Notes: generated by a model not told the origin, from the sequence alone. A stretch of 54,087 nt of DNA from an uncultured Bifidobacteriaceae bacterium (GCA_964544295.1 CAZJBJ010000001.1:1-54087), one strand, 5' to 3'; positions 36,375-47,637 are shown, counted from the first letter of the stretch. Made by a program: numbers and translations.

Positions 36375-37220
36375 ATGGGAGTAGGAAAGCCGCGAGGGTT
36401 GTCACCGTCGTCGTTCTCGGCGTTCAAGGACTGTCCGCTCGCGTTCCGTTTCTCCTACCTGGATCGGCTCCCCCAACCGCCCTCGGCGGCCGCGAGCAAG
36501 GGCACGCTGGTCCACCGGGCGCTCGAGCTGCTCATGCTGCGCGACGGGCCGGACCGCACCACCGCCAACGCGCTCACCGATCTCGCCCGGGCCCGCACCG
36601 AACTCGCCCTCCATCCCGATTTCGCCGATCTCGAGCTCACCGACGACGAGTGGGACCGGTTCCACGAGGACGCCGAGGTTCTCGTCCACAAGTACTTCGA
36701 GCTCGAGGACCCGACCACGATCGTGCCGATCGGGCTCGAACTCCGGCTCGCCGCCACGATCGGCACGGTACAGCTGCGCGGCATCATCGACCGGCTCGAA
36801 CTCGATCCCGACGGTGAGCTCGTCATCACCGATTACAAGACCGGCTCCGTCCCCGGCGAGAAGTACGAGATCAAGCGACTGGCCGGGGTGCACATGTACG
36901 CGGCGATGGTCGAGCACGTGCTCGGCAAGCGCCCGGTCCGGGTGCAGCTGCTGTATCTGTCCAAGCCCGAGGCGATCATCACCACTCCGTCGGACCAGTC
37001 GATCACCGGCGTGATGCGCAAGACCGACGCCTTGTGGTCGGCGATCGGCCGCGCCTGCGAGCGCGACGACTTCCGTCCGAGTATCGGGCCGTTGTGCAAC
37101 TGGTGCGCGTACAAGCCGTACTGCCCCGCGTACGGGGGCGATCCGCTCCAGGCCGCCGAACTCCTCGGCCCCGGCCAGATGATCGAGCCTTCGCTCCCGT
37201 TGGCCACCTCGTCGGCCTAG
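36375..37220 (+). CDS. PD-(D/E)XK nuclease, RecB/Cas4-like with Cys cluster
   Basis: KDCPLAFRFSYL, nuclease core GIIDRLE..LVITDYKTG and C-terminal CNWCAYKPYC. Four Cys in the Cas4-like pattern. Confidence 0.85.
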   Translation: MGVGKPRGLSPSSFSAFKDCPLAFRFSYLDRLPQPPSAAASKGTLVHRALELLMLRDGPDRTTANALTDLARARTELALHPDFADLELTDDEWDRFHEDAEVLVHKYFELEDPTTIVPIGLELRLAATIGTVQLRGIIDRLELDPDGELVITDYKTGSVPGEKYEIKRLAGVHMYAAMVEHVLGKRPVRVQLLYLSKPEAIITTPSDQSITGVMRKTDALWSAIGRACERDDFRPSIGPLCNWCAYKPYCPAYGGDPLQAAELLGPGQMIEPSLPLATSSA

Positions 37221-37747
37221 TGCACCCCGCGATCGACCGGTTCGACGAGCGCGTCGAGACCGCGGTCGAAGCCGTCCGTTCTCCGACCCTCGATCGGATC
37301 TTCTACCCGCTGTCGACCGCGGCCGATCACAGCACGTTGTGGTTCGCCATCGGGTTGGCTCGATCGGTCCGCACCGGCGACGTGGGGTACGCGCTCCGCT
37401 ACGGCGCCAGCATGGGCTTCGAGTCGGCGCTCACCAACGGACCGATCAAGGCGATGTTCAAGCGCACCCGACCCGCGCCCGACACCGAGGACGGCCCACT
37501 CCCCTACGGCATGCGCCGACCCATCACCTCCTCGTTCCCGTCCGGCCACGCGACCGCGGCGTTCACCGCGGTCTCGTTGCTCGCCCGGCCCGGTCGGCGG
37601 GGGCCGTGGTGGATCCTGGCCGGGTTGGTGGCCGGCAGCCGGGTCTATGTGCGCATGCACCACGCGTCCGACGTGGTCGGCGGCGCCGCGTTGGGGCTGA
37701 TCCTCGGTCGCCTGTTGAGCAAATGGGTCGGTGAGCCGACGGCGTAG
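37220..37747 (+). CDS. PAP2 family phosphatase
   Basis: GTG 37220 overlaps the upstream TAG by 1 nt. KAMFKRTRP (K-x6-RP), FPSGHATAA and SRVYVRMHHASD. Confidence 0.85.
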   Translation: MHPAIDRFDERVETAVEAVRSPTLDRIFYPLSTAADHSTLWFAIGLARSVRTGDVGYALRYGASMGFESALTNGPIKAMFKRTRPAPDTEDGPLPYGMRRPITSSFPSGHATAAFTAVSLLARPGRRGPWWILAGLVAGSRVYVRMHHASDVVGGAALGLILGRLLSKWVGEPTA

Positions 37748-37802
37748 GCTCACCACCACCGATGCCCCGAACGCGTCGGACGCCACCGAACAGGTCTCAG
37801 CC

Positions 37803-39215
37803 ATGCGCATGTCGCCGAGCGAAGCAATCATGTGGGCCGTCGAGAAGGACCCGGCCCTGCGCTCCGACTTCTGCAATGTGACGGTGCTCGACCGCGTCCC
37901 CGACGACGACCGGATGCACGCCACCATCGACCGGGCCCTCGCCGCCATTCCCCGGCTCGGTGAGCGGGTCGTCTCACCGCCGTTGCGGGTGGCCCCGCCC
38001 GAATGGCGAGCCGATCCCACCTTCGAGCCCGACTACCACCTGCGCCGGATCGCGATCCCCGCGCCGGGTTCGATGCGCGGGCTGCTCGATCTCGCGTCGT
38101 CCGTCACCGCCCCACCGCTCGACCGGTCCCGACCACTCTGGGAGTTCACCCTCGTCGAGGGGCTCGACGGTGACCGCGCCGCGCTCATCCAGCGCCTCCA
38201 CCACACCATCACCGACGGCGTGGGCGCGATGCGGCTCTCGCTCAGCCTCGTCGACCTCGAACGCGAGCCCGATCCGGATCCGGAATCGGGCGTGCAGGCA
38301 CTGATCGACGACATCGGCCGTGACCGGCTGGACGGCGCCGCCGAGGATCCGATCGACCGGGACGGACCCGTCGACGTGATTCGCGACGCCATCGCCGATC
38401 GTGGCCGCAGCACCCTCGAGCTCGCCCGGAACACGCTCGGCGCCACGATCACGACGTGCACCCGGCCTGCCGAGCTCCCGGGCCTGACCCGGCGGGCCTT
38501 CGAGTTCGTCGGCTCGTTGCGGCGCCAGGTCCTCGTCACCGAACGGGGTCGCTCGCGTCTGTTCGCCACCCGCTCGCTCGCGCGCCGCTACGACCACCTC
38601 GCCGTGGAGTTCGACCCCCTCCAGCGGGTGGGCAAGGCCCGCGGCGCGAGCGTCAACGACGTGTTCGTCACCGGCGTCGCCCGCGCGCTGGCCGCGTTCC
38701 ATCGGGAGTTCGGCGAGGACGTCGACGAGCTGCGGATGGCGATGCCGGTCAGCACGCGCGATCGCGGCGATGCGAGCGCCAACCGATTCGCACCCACCCG
38801 CGTGCTCGTGCCCACGCCGGCGATCGGCGTCGCCGACCATCTCGACGCCGTCCACCAAGCGCTCCACACCATCCGCGCCGAACCGGCCCTCGACGCCGCC
38901 GACCTCCTCGCGGCGGCCGCCAGTGGAGTGCCCACCGCCGCGCTCGTCTCGCTCCTGCGCGCGCAGACCCGCACCATCGACTTCGCGACGTCGAACCTGC
39001 GCGGCAGCCCGATCGACCTCTATCTCGGCGGCGGCCGCATCGAGGCGAGCTACCCCTTCGGCCCGCGCGCCGGGGTGCCGGTCAACGTCACGATGATGTC
39101 CTACTGCGGTGAACTGCACCTCGGGATCAACTCCGACCCCGCGGCCGTGATCGATCCCGACCGGTTCGTCGAACTGCTCCGGGAATCCTTCGCCGAACTC
39201 GCCACCCTCGCCTGA
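37803..39215 (+). CDS. Wax ester synthase/diacylglycerol acyltransferase (WS/DGAT)
   Basis: ATG 37803. Catalytic HHTITDG (HHxxxDG), PLWEFTLVEGL and C-terminal NLRGSP. Confidence 0.9.
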   Translation: MRMSPSEAIMWAVEKDPALRSDFCNVTVLDRVPDDDRMHATIDRALAAIPRLGERVVSPPLRVAPPEWRADPTFEPDYHLRRIAIPAPGSMRGLLDLASSVTAPPLDRSRPLWEFTLVEGLDGDRAALIQRLHHTITDGVGAMRLSLSLVDLEREPDPDPESGVQALIDDIGRDRLDGAAEDPIDRDGPVDVIRDAIADRGRSTLELARNTLGATITTCTRPAELPGLTRRAFEFVGSLRRQVLVTERGRSRLFATRSLARRYDHLAVEFDPLQRVGKARGASVNDVFVTGVARALAAFHREFGEDVDELRMAMPVSTRDRGDASANRFAPTRVLVPTPAIGVADHLDAVHQALHTIRAEPALDAADLLAAAASGVPTAALVSLLRAQTRTIDFATSNLRGSPIDLYLGGGRIEASYPFGPRAGVPVNVTMMSYCGELHLGINSDPAAVIDPDRFVELLRESFAELATLA

Positions 39216-39242
39216 CCGACCTCCCCCAGCCGGGGCAGTCCT

Positions 39243-39593
39243 TCAGGGCCGGCGGCGGATCATCCCGGGGGGCATGACCGCGTCCGTCCACTCCTCGTGT
39301 CCGGGATCGCGCCACCGCGGATGGGCGCACAGCGCGACCCGGTCGACGACGTACACGTGCAGCGTCGGCGCATCGTCCGCGAGTTCGAGCAGATCCCCGG
39401 TGCGGGGGTGCGGCGGCGCCGCCTCGAGCAGATCGGCGAGGGCCACCACCGACACCACCCGGCTCCGACAATCCGGACACGCCGACGTGGTCGCGGCGTC
39501 GAAGCGGTCGGTGAGGCTCATCAGCGTCTCCGCCTCGACCGCGTCGAGTTCCACGCTGGCACCCTCGTCGTCGACGATGGTCAGATCGGCCAC
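39243..39593 (-). CDS. Hypothetical small protein with CPDC motif
   Basis: ATG start, 116 GC3-rich codons. CPDC plus a later Cys/His suggest a small metal-binding module. No family recognised. Confidence 0.45.
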   Translation of the reverse strand: MADLTIVDDEGASVELDAVEAETLMSLTDRFDAATTSACPDCRSRVVSVVALADLLEAAPPHPRTGDLLELADDAPTLHVYVVDRVALCAHPRWRDPGHEEWTDAVMPPGMIRRRP

Positions 39594-39667
39594 GGGCGCA
39601 ACCTACATGCCGTCGACGTCCCGACCGTCGACGGCCCGGAGTCGACGGCCCCGAGTACGGTCGCCGG

Positions 39668-40648
39668 ATGCGTGCACTGATCAGCCCCGGTGACGGAACC
39701 CTGCGGATCGAGGACCGCCCGACTCCGGCACCGGGACCGGGCGAGGTCCGCGTCCGGGTCGCCGGGGCCGGGCTCAATCGGGCCGACCTGTTGCAACGGG
39801 CCGGCTTCTACCCGGCACCGCCGGGCATGCCCGCCGACATCCCCGGCCTGGAGTTCGCCGGGACCGTCGATGCCCAGGGCGAAGGCGTCACCACCCCGGC
39901 GGTGGGCGCGCCCGTGTTCGGCGTCACCGGTGGCGGTGCGCAGGCCGAGTACGTCGTGGTTCCCGCGCGTCATTGCGCCGCGGTCCCCGAACGGCTGGAC
40001 CTCGTCACTGCGGGCGGCGTCCCCGAGGTGTTCGTGACCGCGCACGACGCCATGCGGACGCGCGGCCGCCTCCAACCCGGAGAGCACGTGCTCGTGCACG
40101 CGGTCGGATCCGGCGTGGGCACCGCGGTCGTGCAACTGGCCAAGGCCTTCGGCGCGACCGTGACCGGAACCGCCCGCACCGCATCCAAGTTGGAGGCGGC
40201 CGATGCCCTCGGACTCGACCACGGAATCCTGGTGCCCCGTGAGCTCGATCCCTTCACGTTGGCGCACCAGATCCTCGAACAGGGTGGCCCGCCGGACGTG
40301 GTCATCGACCTGGTCGGCGGCGCGTACGTCGCGGCCGAAGTCAACGCCCTTGCCCCGGGCGGCCGGATCGTCATCGTCGGCACCCTCGCCGGCGGGAACC
40401 CGCCGGTCCCCCTCCTCGGACTCATGCAGAAGCGCGGCGAGATGCACGGGACGGTCCTGCGGCCACGATCCATCGCTGACAAGGCCGCCGCCACCGACGC
40501 GTTCGTCGCCGAGGTGGTGCCGATGCTCGCAGACGGTCGAGTCGCGCCGGTGGTCGATCAGATCGTCCCGTTGGCCGACGCCGAGGCCGCATACGCGCGG
40601 GTCGAGGCGGACACCAACTTCGGCAAGGTCGTGCTCGACGCCTCGTAG
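39668..40648 (+). CDS. NAD(P)H:quinone oxidoreductase (zeta-crystallin type MDR)
   Basis: GAGLNRADLLQRAG, VHAVGSGVGTA and FGKVVL. No catalytic Zn ligands. Confidence 0.88.
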   Translation: MRALISPGDGTLRIEDRPTPAPGPGEVRVRVAGAGLNRADLLQRAGFYPAPPGMPADIPGLEFAGTVDAQGEGVTTPAVGAPVFGVTGGGAQAEYVVVPARHCAAVPERLDLVTAGGVPEVFVTAHDAMRTRGRLQPGEHVLVHAVGSGVGTAVVQLAKAFGATVTGTARTASKLEAADALGLDHGILVPRELDPFTLAHQILEQGGPPDVVIDLVGGAYVAAEVNALAPGGRIVIVGTLAGGNPPVPLLGLMQKRGEMHGTVLRPRSIADKAAATDAFVAEVVPMLADGRVAPVVDQIVPLADAEAAYARVEADTNFGKVVLDAS

Positions 40649-41938
<1,290 letters not shown>

Positions 41939-41942
41939 CGCG

Positions 41943-42785
41943 GTGACCGACGCGGTCCCGTTGGCCGAACGGTTGGGTCACCGACCGGACGATCGGTTGA
42001 TGATCATCAACTGCGACGACCTCGGGTCGTCGCGTGCCGCCAACGTGGCCGTGTACGAATCGCTCCGATCCGGCGTCGCGACCAGCGCGACGCTCATGGT
42101 TCCGTGCCCGTGGTCGCGCGACGCGGCCGCGATGTATCGGGGCGAGGACATCGGCGTCCACCTCACGTTGAACTCCGAGTGGAAGAACTACCGCTGGGGT
42201 CCGATCACCCGAGCGCCGAGCCTGCTCGACGGCGACGGTGGATTCCCCCGCACCATCGAGGACGTCTGGGACCATGCCGACCTCGACGAGGTCCGCAAGG
42301 AGTGCCGGGCCCAGATCGAACGGGCGATCCTCTGGGGCTTCGACGTGTCACACCTCGACAGCCACATGGGCACGTTGCAACTGCGCCCCGAGTTCTTCGA
42401 CGTCTATCTCGAACTGGCCGTGGAGTTCGCCCTCCCGCTCCGGCTCTCGGGCGCCAGCTCCGAACACCGCGTGGGGTTTCCGTTCCGTCGACTGGCCGCC
42501 GAGGAAGGCGTCGTGTTCACCGACCACATGGTCGACGTCCCGATCGGCGGTCGCCGAACCATCGAGCGGGTGCTGTTCGATCTCCGGCCCGGGATCACCG
42601 AGGTGTTCCTGCATCCGGCCGTCGACTCCGACGAGTTGCGCGCATCGCACCCGGACTGGGCCGGTCGGGTCGAGGATCACGCGACCTTGTGTCAGGACGC
42701 GGCGTTCGCCGACCTGCTGGACCGAGCGTCGGTCACCCTCATCGGCTACCGCGAGCTCCGAGACCTCCAACGCGCCAACCGGTGA
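41943..42785 (+). CDS. ChbG/HpnK (YdjC) family carbohydrate deacetylase
   Basis: LMIINCDDLGSS, TLMVPCP, GVHLTL and SHLDSHMG. Confidence 0.85.
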   Translation: MTDAVPLAERLGHRPDDRLMIINCDDLGSSRAANVAVYESLRSGVATSATLMVPCPWSRDAAAMYRGEDIGVHLTLNSEWKNYRWGPITRAPSLLDGDGGFPRTIEDVWDHADLDEVRKECRAQIERAILWGFDVSHLDSHMGTLQLRPEFFDVYLELAVEFALPLRLSGASSEHRVGFPFRRLAAEEGVVFTDHMVDVPIGGRRTIERVLFDLRPGITEVFLHPAVDSDELRASHPDWAGRVEDHATLCQDAAFADLLDRASVTLIGYRELRDLQRANR

Positions 42786-42798
42786 GCGCCGTCATCGG

Positions 42799-45333
42799 TC
42801 ACTGATGGTGACCGGCGTGATCCGTCGCCGCCATCGACGACGCGAACGGATCGTCGGTCCGATGTGCCCAGACGTGCAGCATCTCCGGTGACCGCAGCTC
42901 GGGACGGCCGCGGACACAGCTCCCGTCGGCAGCCGCGAGCTCGAGTGGAAATCCCCCCTGGATCATGCAGACCGGCGCACCGAAGACGTGGTAGTGCCAG
43001 GTCGTGTCCGGGCCACCCGGTTGCGGCCCCCGACGGTCCCCGTCCGCGAGGTACATCGCGCCGAGGAACCGCCGGGCTCCGGGGCCCGGTGAGTACATCA
43101 ACGCCTCGGGCGCACGCGGGTCGAGCGTTCGATGGTCCGTCACGGCGGCCGGGTTCACCCAGTGGGTCTCGTCGACCTGCACGAACCCCTCACGCCGGGC
43201 GACGGTGAGGTCCCGGAAGCGCCGACTGCGATCGAGGGTGTCCTGGACCAACTGTCGACCCACCGCCCGCTGACTCCCTGTGGTCGCCGTCGACGCCGGC
43301 CACTCCGAGACGCTGAACGCCTGCGCCTCGATGCGGCGGAGGTAGCGACCGTCCGGCGCGCGGCCGACGGCGGACACGGTTCCCGAATACGGCCCGATCG
43401 CCGCGGCCACGGCCCGGTAGGCGTCCTCGGCCGCCGCGCCGTGGAGCGATCGGTCGGCCACCGGTGACACCGTCGCGGCCGCGACGTGTCCGAGCACGAC
43501 CGGTGCCGCGGCGCGTAGTTCGGCCGCAGTGGCGGCCTGACGCTTCGAATCGCGTCGGGCGGGTGCGGGCCCGAGCGCGTCCACCACTGCCTGCGCGACA
43601 CATTCGCCCGCGTCCAGGCCCGCCGCGTTCGCCTTCGGAATATGGATACCGCCGTACTCCCGACTCTTGGCCGCTTGTCGCGCCGCGGCCATGAACGACG
43701 GGAACCGGCGCGGCCGGATCGAGAAGGACGCCCGGACATCGGAGCCGGTGCTGAATCCCTCGTCCCGGTAGGCCATCGGTCCGACGAGTTCGGTCAAGGT
43801 GCGGGCGGCGGCGCCGGACACGGTCGCGTGGCCGGACACCCAGTCCGGGAACGGGGGCGTGTTGAGGTACGGCGCCCAGTCGGGGTCGATCGACTCTCGG
43901 ATGACGGTCACCGGTCGGATCTGGTTCCATTGGTACTTCGATGCCCACGCGGTGATGAACGCGTCGCCCACCGCCGCGCCGACCGCCCCCTGCAGCCGCG
44001 CCGCGTCGCCGAGGGACAGGGCGCGGCGGTCGATCGCGATGTTCGCGGTGGCGACCCAGTGACCACCGGGAGTGCCGGTATGACCGCGATCGTCGTTCCA
44101 GAATCGAGCGATGGCGCGTTGATCCCGGGTGAGCGAACGTGACGTCTCGTAGACCGCACGCTCCTCGGTCATGAACTCCGAGCCCGGATCGGTCGAGTAC
44201 TCGGGTGGCGCCGGCGCGGCGCACTCCGAGGCGCCGCTCACGACGTAGGGCCGCAGATCGCCCCACCACGGCTCCTGGGCGGCCTGAAAGGTGGTGGGCG
44301 TGGGAACCCACCGCCCCGGACCGGTCGGTGCGACATACGGGCGGGTCCTCGTCTCCGCGAACCCGTCGCGGGCGGACCACTCGATCAGTCGTGTCGCCAC
44401 CCCCTGCCCGTAGCGCACCGACGCGCGGAAGCGACCGGTCGAGACGCGGTCGGCCGCCGCCGCCAGGGCATCGTCCCGGAACGCGGCGAACGCCGCCCGG
44501 GTGGACGGCACCTGCGACAGCGCGCGTGGCACGAGCGGTGCGCCCGAGGCGGCCACGGTGCGTTCGTCGACCTGCCGCGGCGCGGCCGGGATCGGTGCCA
44601 GGTCGCGCACCGGAAGGGCATTCGGCTGAACGGTCTCGAGCAGCGCGAGCCCCGACAGCGCGTACACCCGCGACGCGACCGGTGGGTTCAGCCGATCCCG
44701 CTGCACCAGCCGGATCACGAGTCGGGTCAGGTCCACGACGAGGCCCGGCGAGCCGGTGACCCGACGCGGCTCCGCGGATCGGTTCCCCGTCAACGGTCGC
44801 GCGCACGACGCGACCGTCCCGTCCGGCAACACGGTGTCGCACCGCCCGACCGCGGGCAGGTCTCGCAGGCGCATCCGCGCGTCCGTGAGATCCGCATCGG
44901 TCCAGAAACTGAGCCCGAAGCGGGCGGCGCGCAGGTCCGCCTGACCGAGCCGCGCCGCACTGAACCGCGCGCGGTCGAGGCGAGCGCGGCGGAGGTCCGC
45001 GCCCTCGAGCGCGCCGCTCGCCCAGCCGCTCCGTCGCAGATCCGCGCCGCGCAGATCCGTACGGGTCGCGTTCACCCGATCGAGACGCGCGCCGCGCAGG
45101 TCGACACCGCGCAGGTCGGATCGGGACAGATTCGCGCCTCGGAGATCCGAGTCGCGGAAGTCCCACCCGCGCAGATCTCGCCGTGACAGGTCGACGCCGA
45201 CGCAGTCGGTCGTCCGACCCCGTCGACACCGGTCGGCCGCGCCCGCCCGGTCGGCCCCGCCCGAGAGGGCGGTGAGGGCGATCGTCGCGACGACCAACCC
45301 GATCGGGACGACGCGACCGCGCTTCCGGATCAC
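42799..45333 (-). CDS. Exported fusion protein: pentapeptide repeats + vanadium-haloperoxidase/PAP2-like domain + unknown His-rich C-terminal domain
   Basis: GTG 45333 overlaps the upstream stop (GTGA). Anchor VVPIGLVVATIALTALSG. Pentapeptide run DLSRRDLRGWDFRDSDLRGANLSRSDLRGVDLRGARL.. PAP2/VHPO blocks KYQWNQIRP, PDWVSGHATVSG and SREYGGIHIPK. The C-terminal ~230 aa carry THWVN, WHYHVFG and LHVWAH and end in DHAGHHQ. Confidence 0.8.
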   Translation of the reverse strand: MIRKRGRVVPIGLVVATIALTALSGGADRAGAADRCRRGRTTDCVGVDLSRRDLRGWDFRDSDLRGANLSRSDLRGVDLRGARLDRVNATRTDLRGADLRRSGWASGALEGADLRRARLDRARFSAARLGQADLRAARFGLSFWTDADLTDARMRLRDLPAVGRCDTVLPDGTVASCARPLTGNRSAEPRRVTGSPGLVVDLTRLVIRLVQRDRLNPPVASRVYALSGLALLETVQPNALPVRDLAPIPAAPRQVDERTVAASGAPLVPRALSQVPSTRAAFAAFRDDALAAAADRVSTGRFRASVRYGQGVATRLIEWSARDGFAETRTRPYVAPTGPGRWVPTPTTFQAAQEPWWGDLRPYVVSGASECAAPAPPEYSTDPGSEFMTEERAVYETSRSLTRDQRAIARFWNDDRGHTGTPGGHWVATANIAIDRRALSLGDAARLQGAVGAAVGDAFITAWASKYQWNQIRPVTVIRESIDPDWAPYLNTPPFPDWVSGHATVSGAAARTLTELVGPMAYRDEGFSTGSDVRASFSIRPRRFPSFMAAARQAAKSREYGGIHIPKANAAGLDAGECVAQAVVDALGPAPARRDSKRQAATAAELRAAAPVVLGHVAAATVSPVADRSLHGAAAEDAYRAVAAAIGPYSGTVSAVGRAPDGRYLRRIEAQAFSVSEWPASTATTGSQRAVGRQLVQDTLDRSRRFRDLTVARREGFVQVDETHWVNPAAVTDHRTLDPRAPEALMYSPGPGARRFLGAMYLADGDRRGPQPGGPDTTWHYHVFGAPVCMIQGGFPLELAAADGSCVRGRPELRSPEMLHVWAHRTDDPFASSMAATDHAGHHQ

Positions 45334-47177
45334 GTGGGCTCCGTGATCACGAACGTTCGATCGGGCTTGACGTTCCGCATCGTCACCACCTTGCCGCTCG
45401 CGGGGAATCGCACCTGCACCCGGTCCACTCGCGCTCGCTGCGTTCCCAGACCGACCTGCACGGCCCGTTCGCTCTGACCGAGAAACGCGGTCCCGGTGCC
45501 GACTTCGATGACCGTCGACGGTCCGCGCCGCTTCGGGCGGACACTCACCACCGCTCCCAGTCCGTCCCGGTTCGACGACGTGCCCCGGACCTCGACGCGC
45601 AGATAGTGCGCCGGCCGACTGGTGTTCCGCAGCAGGACCGGGCGCGCACCGGGTTGCACCGCGATGACGTCGAGGCGACCGTCGCGGTTCTGGTCGAGCA
45701 CCGCGAGTCCGCGTGCGTTGATCACGTCGAACCCGGCAGGACCCGCGACCTGGGTGAACCCGTCCTTGCCGTCGTTGCGCCACAGGCGACTCCGACCGCC
45801 CGCGAACGGCTTGGCCAGGGGGATGTCAGGGAAGTCCACCCCGCTCACCTGCAGCAGGTCCCGCCGACCCCGGTTCATCGTGTCCACCATGGCCGTTCCC
45901 CAGCCCCACCCGCCGTTGCGAACCCCGGCGAGATCGGTGGCGTCGCGGAACGTGCGCTTCCCCAGTCCGAGAAACAGCCGATTGCCGCTCCCACCCCAGT
46001 TGCCGCCGTCGGTGAAGGAGGAGCCACGCGGATCGAAGATGGACGTCACCATGACGTCGGCGAGACCGTCACCGTTGACGTCGCCGACCGCCAGCCCCAT
46101 ACCGTTCTCCTCGGTTCCGAGCCCCGCGGCCTTGGTGCCCTCGGCGAAGGTCCCGTCGTGACGGTTCCAGAACAGATGACTCGTGCCGAAGTCTCCCGCG
46201 ACGAGCAGATCCTGCCAACCGTCCCGGTCGAGGTCGGCGAACGTCGCCCCGAAGGCGAAGACCGGATCGTTCGTCCGTTCGATCGCCACCCCCGCCGCGG
46301 TCGTGACGTCGTCGAAGTAGCCGGGTTGCGCTTCGCCGCGGTTGTGGAGGAGCCGGGCATCCGAGGCGGCGATCGGCGTCGCGCCGGACGCGCCCCGGTA
46401 CTCGGTGAAATACACGTCGACGAAACCGTCGCGGTCGTAGTCACCGACGGCGATCGAGTACCCGATGTGGATGTTGCCGTTCTCGAGCGCCGTCCCCCGA
46501 GCCTGCGCCGCTTCGGTGAACCGTCCCGAGCCCTCGTTCACGAACAGGTAGTAGCGATGCGACGCGATGGTGCTGACGAACAGGTCCTCGTCGCCGTCGT
46601 TGTCGATGTCGGCGAAGGCGGCACCGACCGACGCCTCGGGGAGCGCCTCGAGCCCGGAACCTGCCGTCGCATCATGGAAGCCATCGTCGTCGGCGAGCAT
46701 CAACCGGCCCGGGCCGTCGAGGCGGGGCACGTAGACGTCGACGAGTCCGTCCTGGTTCGCGTCGCCCACCGCCACGCCGCCCGTGAACCGCTCGAGCTGG
46801 CAGAGCGCGCCGTTCAACGCGTCGCCGACCGGCAGCGACACTCCCGGGAACTCGGCCCGGAGTTCGGGCTCGCTGAGCAGACAGCCCGGAGCACCACACA
46901 GGGGCGCCCGCGCGAACGTGAGACCCACCCGTCCGGACACGTCGCGGAACTTCGGGGTCCGACCCTTCACGCGACGCGGACCGATGGCCCGGGCCGACGG
47001 CGAAGCACGGTACTCGGGTCCGTCGCCGCAGGCCCCCGAGGGCGCCGCGACCTGATCCGCTCCCGGGTCCGCCGCGGCGCGGGGCGCGTCACCGAAGGCA
47101 CCCCCGCCGCCCAGGCCGACGATGGCGGCCACACCTACGCTGAGGATCGCGCCTGATCGCCCCCGACGAACGCTCAC
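45330..47177 (-). CDS. CRTAC1-type FG-GAP/VCBS repeat protein with ASPIC/UnbV C-terminal domain
   Basis: GTG 47177 (GTG 47213 alternative). Signal peptide. Ca-loop repeats GDANQDGLVDVYV, ADIDNDGDEDLFV, GDYDRDGFVDVYF, ADLDRDGWQDLLV and GDVNGDGLADVMV. UnbV-like NRDGLGAVVSV..GTAFLGQSE. Confidence 0.85.
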   Translation of the reverse strand: MSVRRGRSGAILSVGVAAIVGLGGGGAFGDAPRAAADPGADQVAAPSGACGDGPEYRASPSARAIGPRRVKGRTPKFRDVSGRVGLTFARAPLCGAPGCLLSEPELRAEFPGVSLPVGDALNGALCQLERFTGGVAVGDANQDGLVDVYVPRLDGPGRLMLADDDGFHDATAGSGLEALPEASVGAAFADIDNDGDEDLFVSTIASHRYYLFVNEGSGRFTEAAQARGTALENGNIHIGYSIAVGDYDRDGFVDVYFTEYRGASGATPIAASDARLLHNRGEAQPGYFDDVTTAAGVAIERTNDPVFAFGATFADLDRDGWQDLLVAGDFGTSHLFWNRHDGTFAEGTKAAGLGTEENGMGLAVGDVNGDGLADVMVTSIFDPRGSSFTDGGNWGGSGNRLFLGLGKRTFRDATDLAGVRNGGWGWGTAMVDTMNRGRRDLLQVSGVDFPDIPLAKPFAGGRSRLWRNDGKDGFTQVAGPAGFDVINARGLAVLDQNRDGRLDVIAVQPGARPVLLRNTSRPAHYLRVEVRGTSSNRDGLGAVVSVRPKRRGPSTVIEVGTGTAFLGQSERAVQVGLGTQRARVDRVQVRFPASGKVVTMRNVKPDRTFVITEPT

Positions 47178-47234
47178 CGATCCAGTGTCGCACAGGCACC
47201 GGCCTCGCCCCACCGCGGGCCGGGCGGCGCCGCC

Positions 47235-47621
47235 TCAGAAGTCGGTGATGGCCCGGATCTCGGCCTGGAGCGCCAGATATTCGGGTGACGTCGTCAGCGG
47301 CAGCAGCTGCATCAGCGAGCCCATGTTGCCGGTCACCTTCATCCGTCCCTGCATGAACGCCGCGTTCGCGTCGAGCTCACCGCGCTGGATCTTCACCGAG
47401 TCCTCGTACGACAACGTCAAGGTGAAGTCCGGTTCGTCGATGACACCGGCCGCGCTCTCGAGCAGCTTCCCGTTCTCCAGGCGCCACCAGTACTTGATGT
47501 CACCGTCGGGACCACCGGTCACGACGTACTGGATCCGCGCCGACGCACCCGGGCGTTCGGGCTGGCCGGCGGCCAGCCCCCGAGCCTCGTCGAACCACGC
47601 ATCGGTCAGGTACTTGGTCAT
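47235..47621 (-). CDS. SCP2 sterol-carrier-like domain protein
   Basis: ATG 47621 with a GGAGGG RBS. GELDANAAFMQGRMKVTGNMGSLMQL. Confidence 0.85.
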   Translation of the reverse strand: MTKYLTDAWFDEARGLAAGQPERPGASARIQYVVTGGPDGDIKYWWRLENGKLLESAAGVIDEPDFTLTLSYEDSVKIQRGELDANAAFMQGRMKVTGNMGSLMQLLPLTTSPEYLALQAEIRAITDF

Positions 47622-47637
47622 CAGCCCTCCAGCCGGA

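Noticed and set aside
45334-45783. 150-codon N-terminal extension of the pentapeptide/haloperoxidase-like ORF (and similar extensions at 4326..5636, 12620..13681, 34213..35310, 49675..51018, 52919..54022)
   Set aside because: The extensions overlap the upstream gene or are Arg/Pro-rich. Internal starts with good Shine-Dalgarno sequences, or stop/start overlaps, give proteins of the expected family length.
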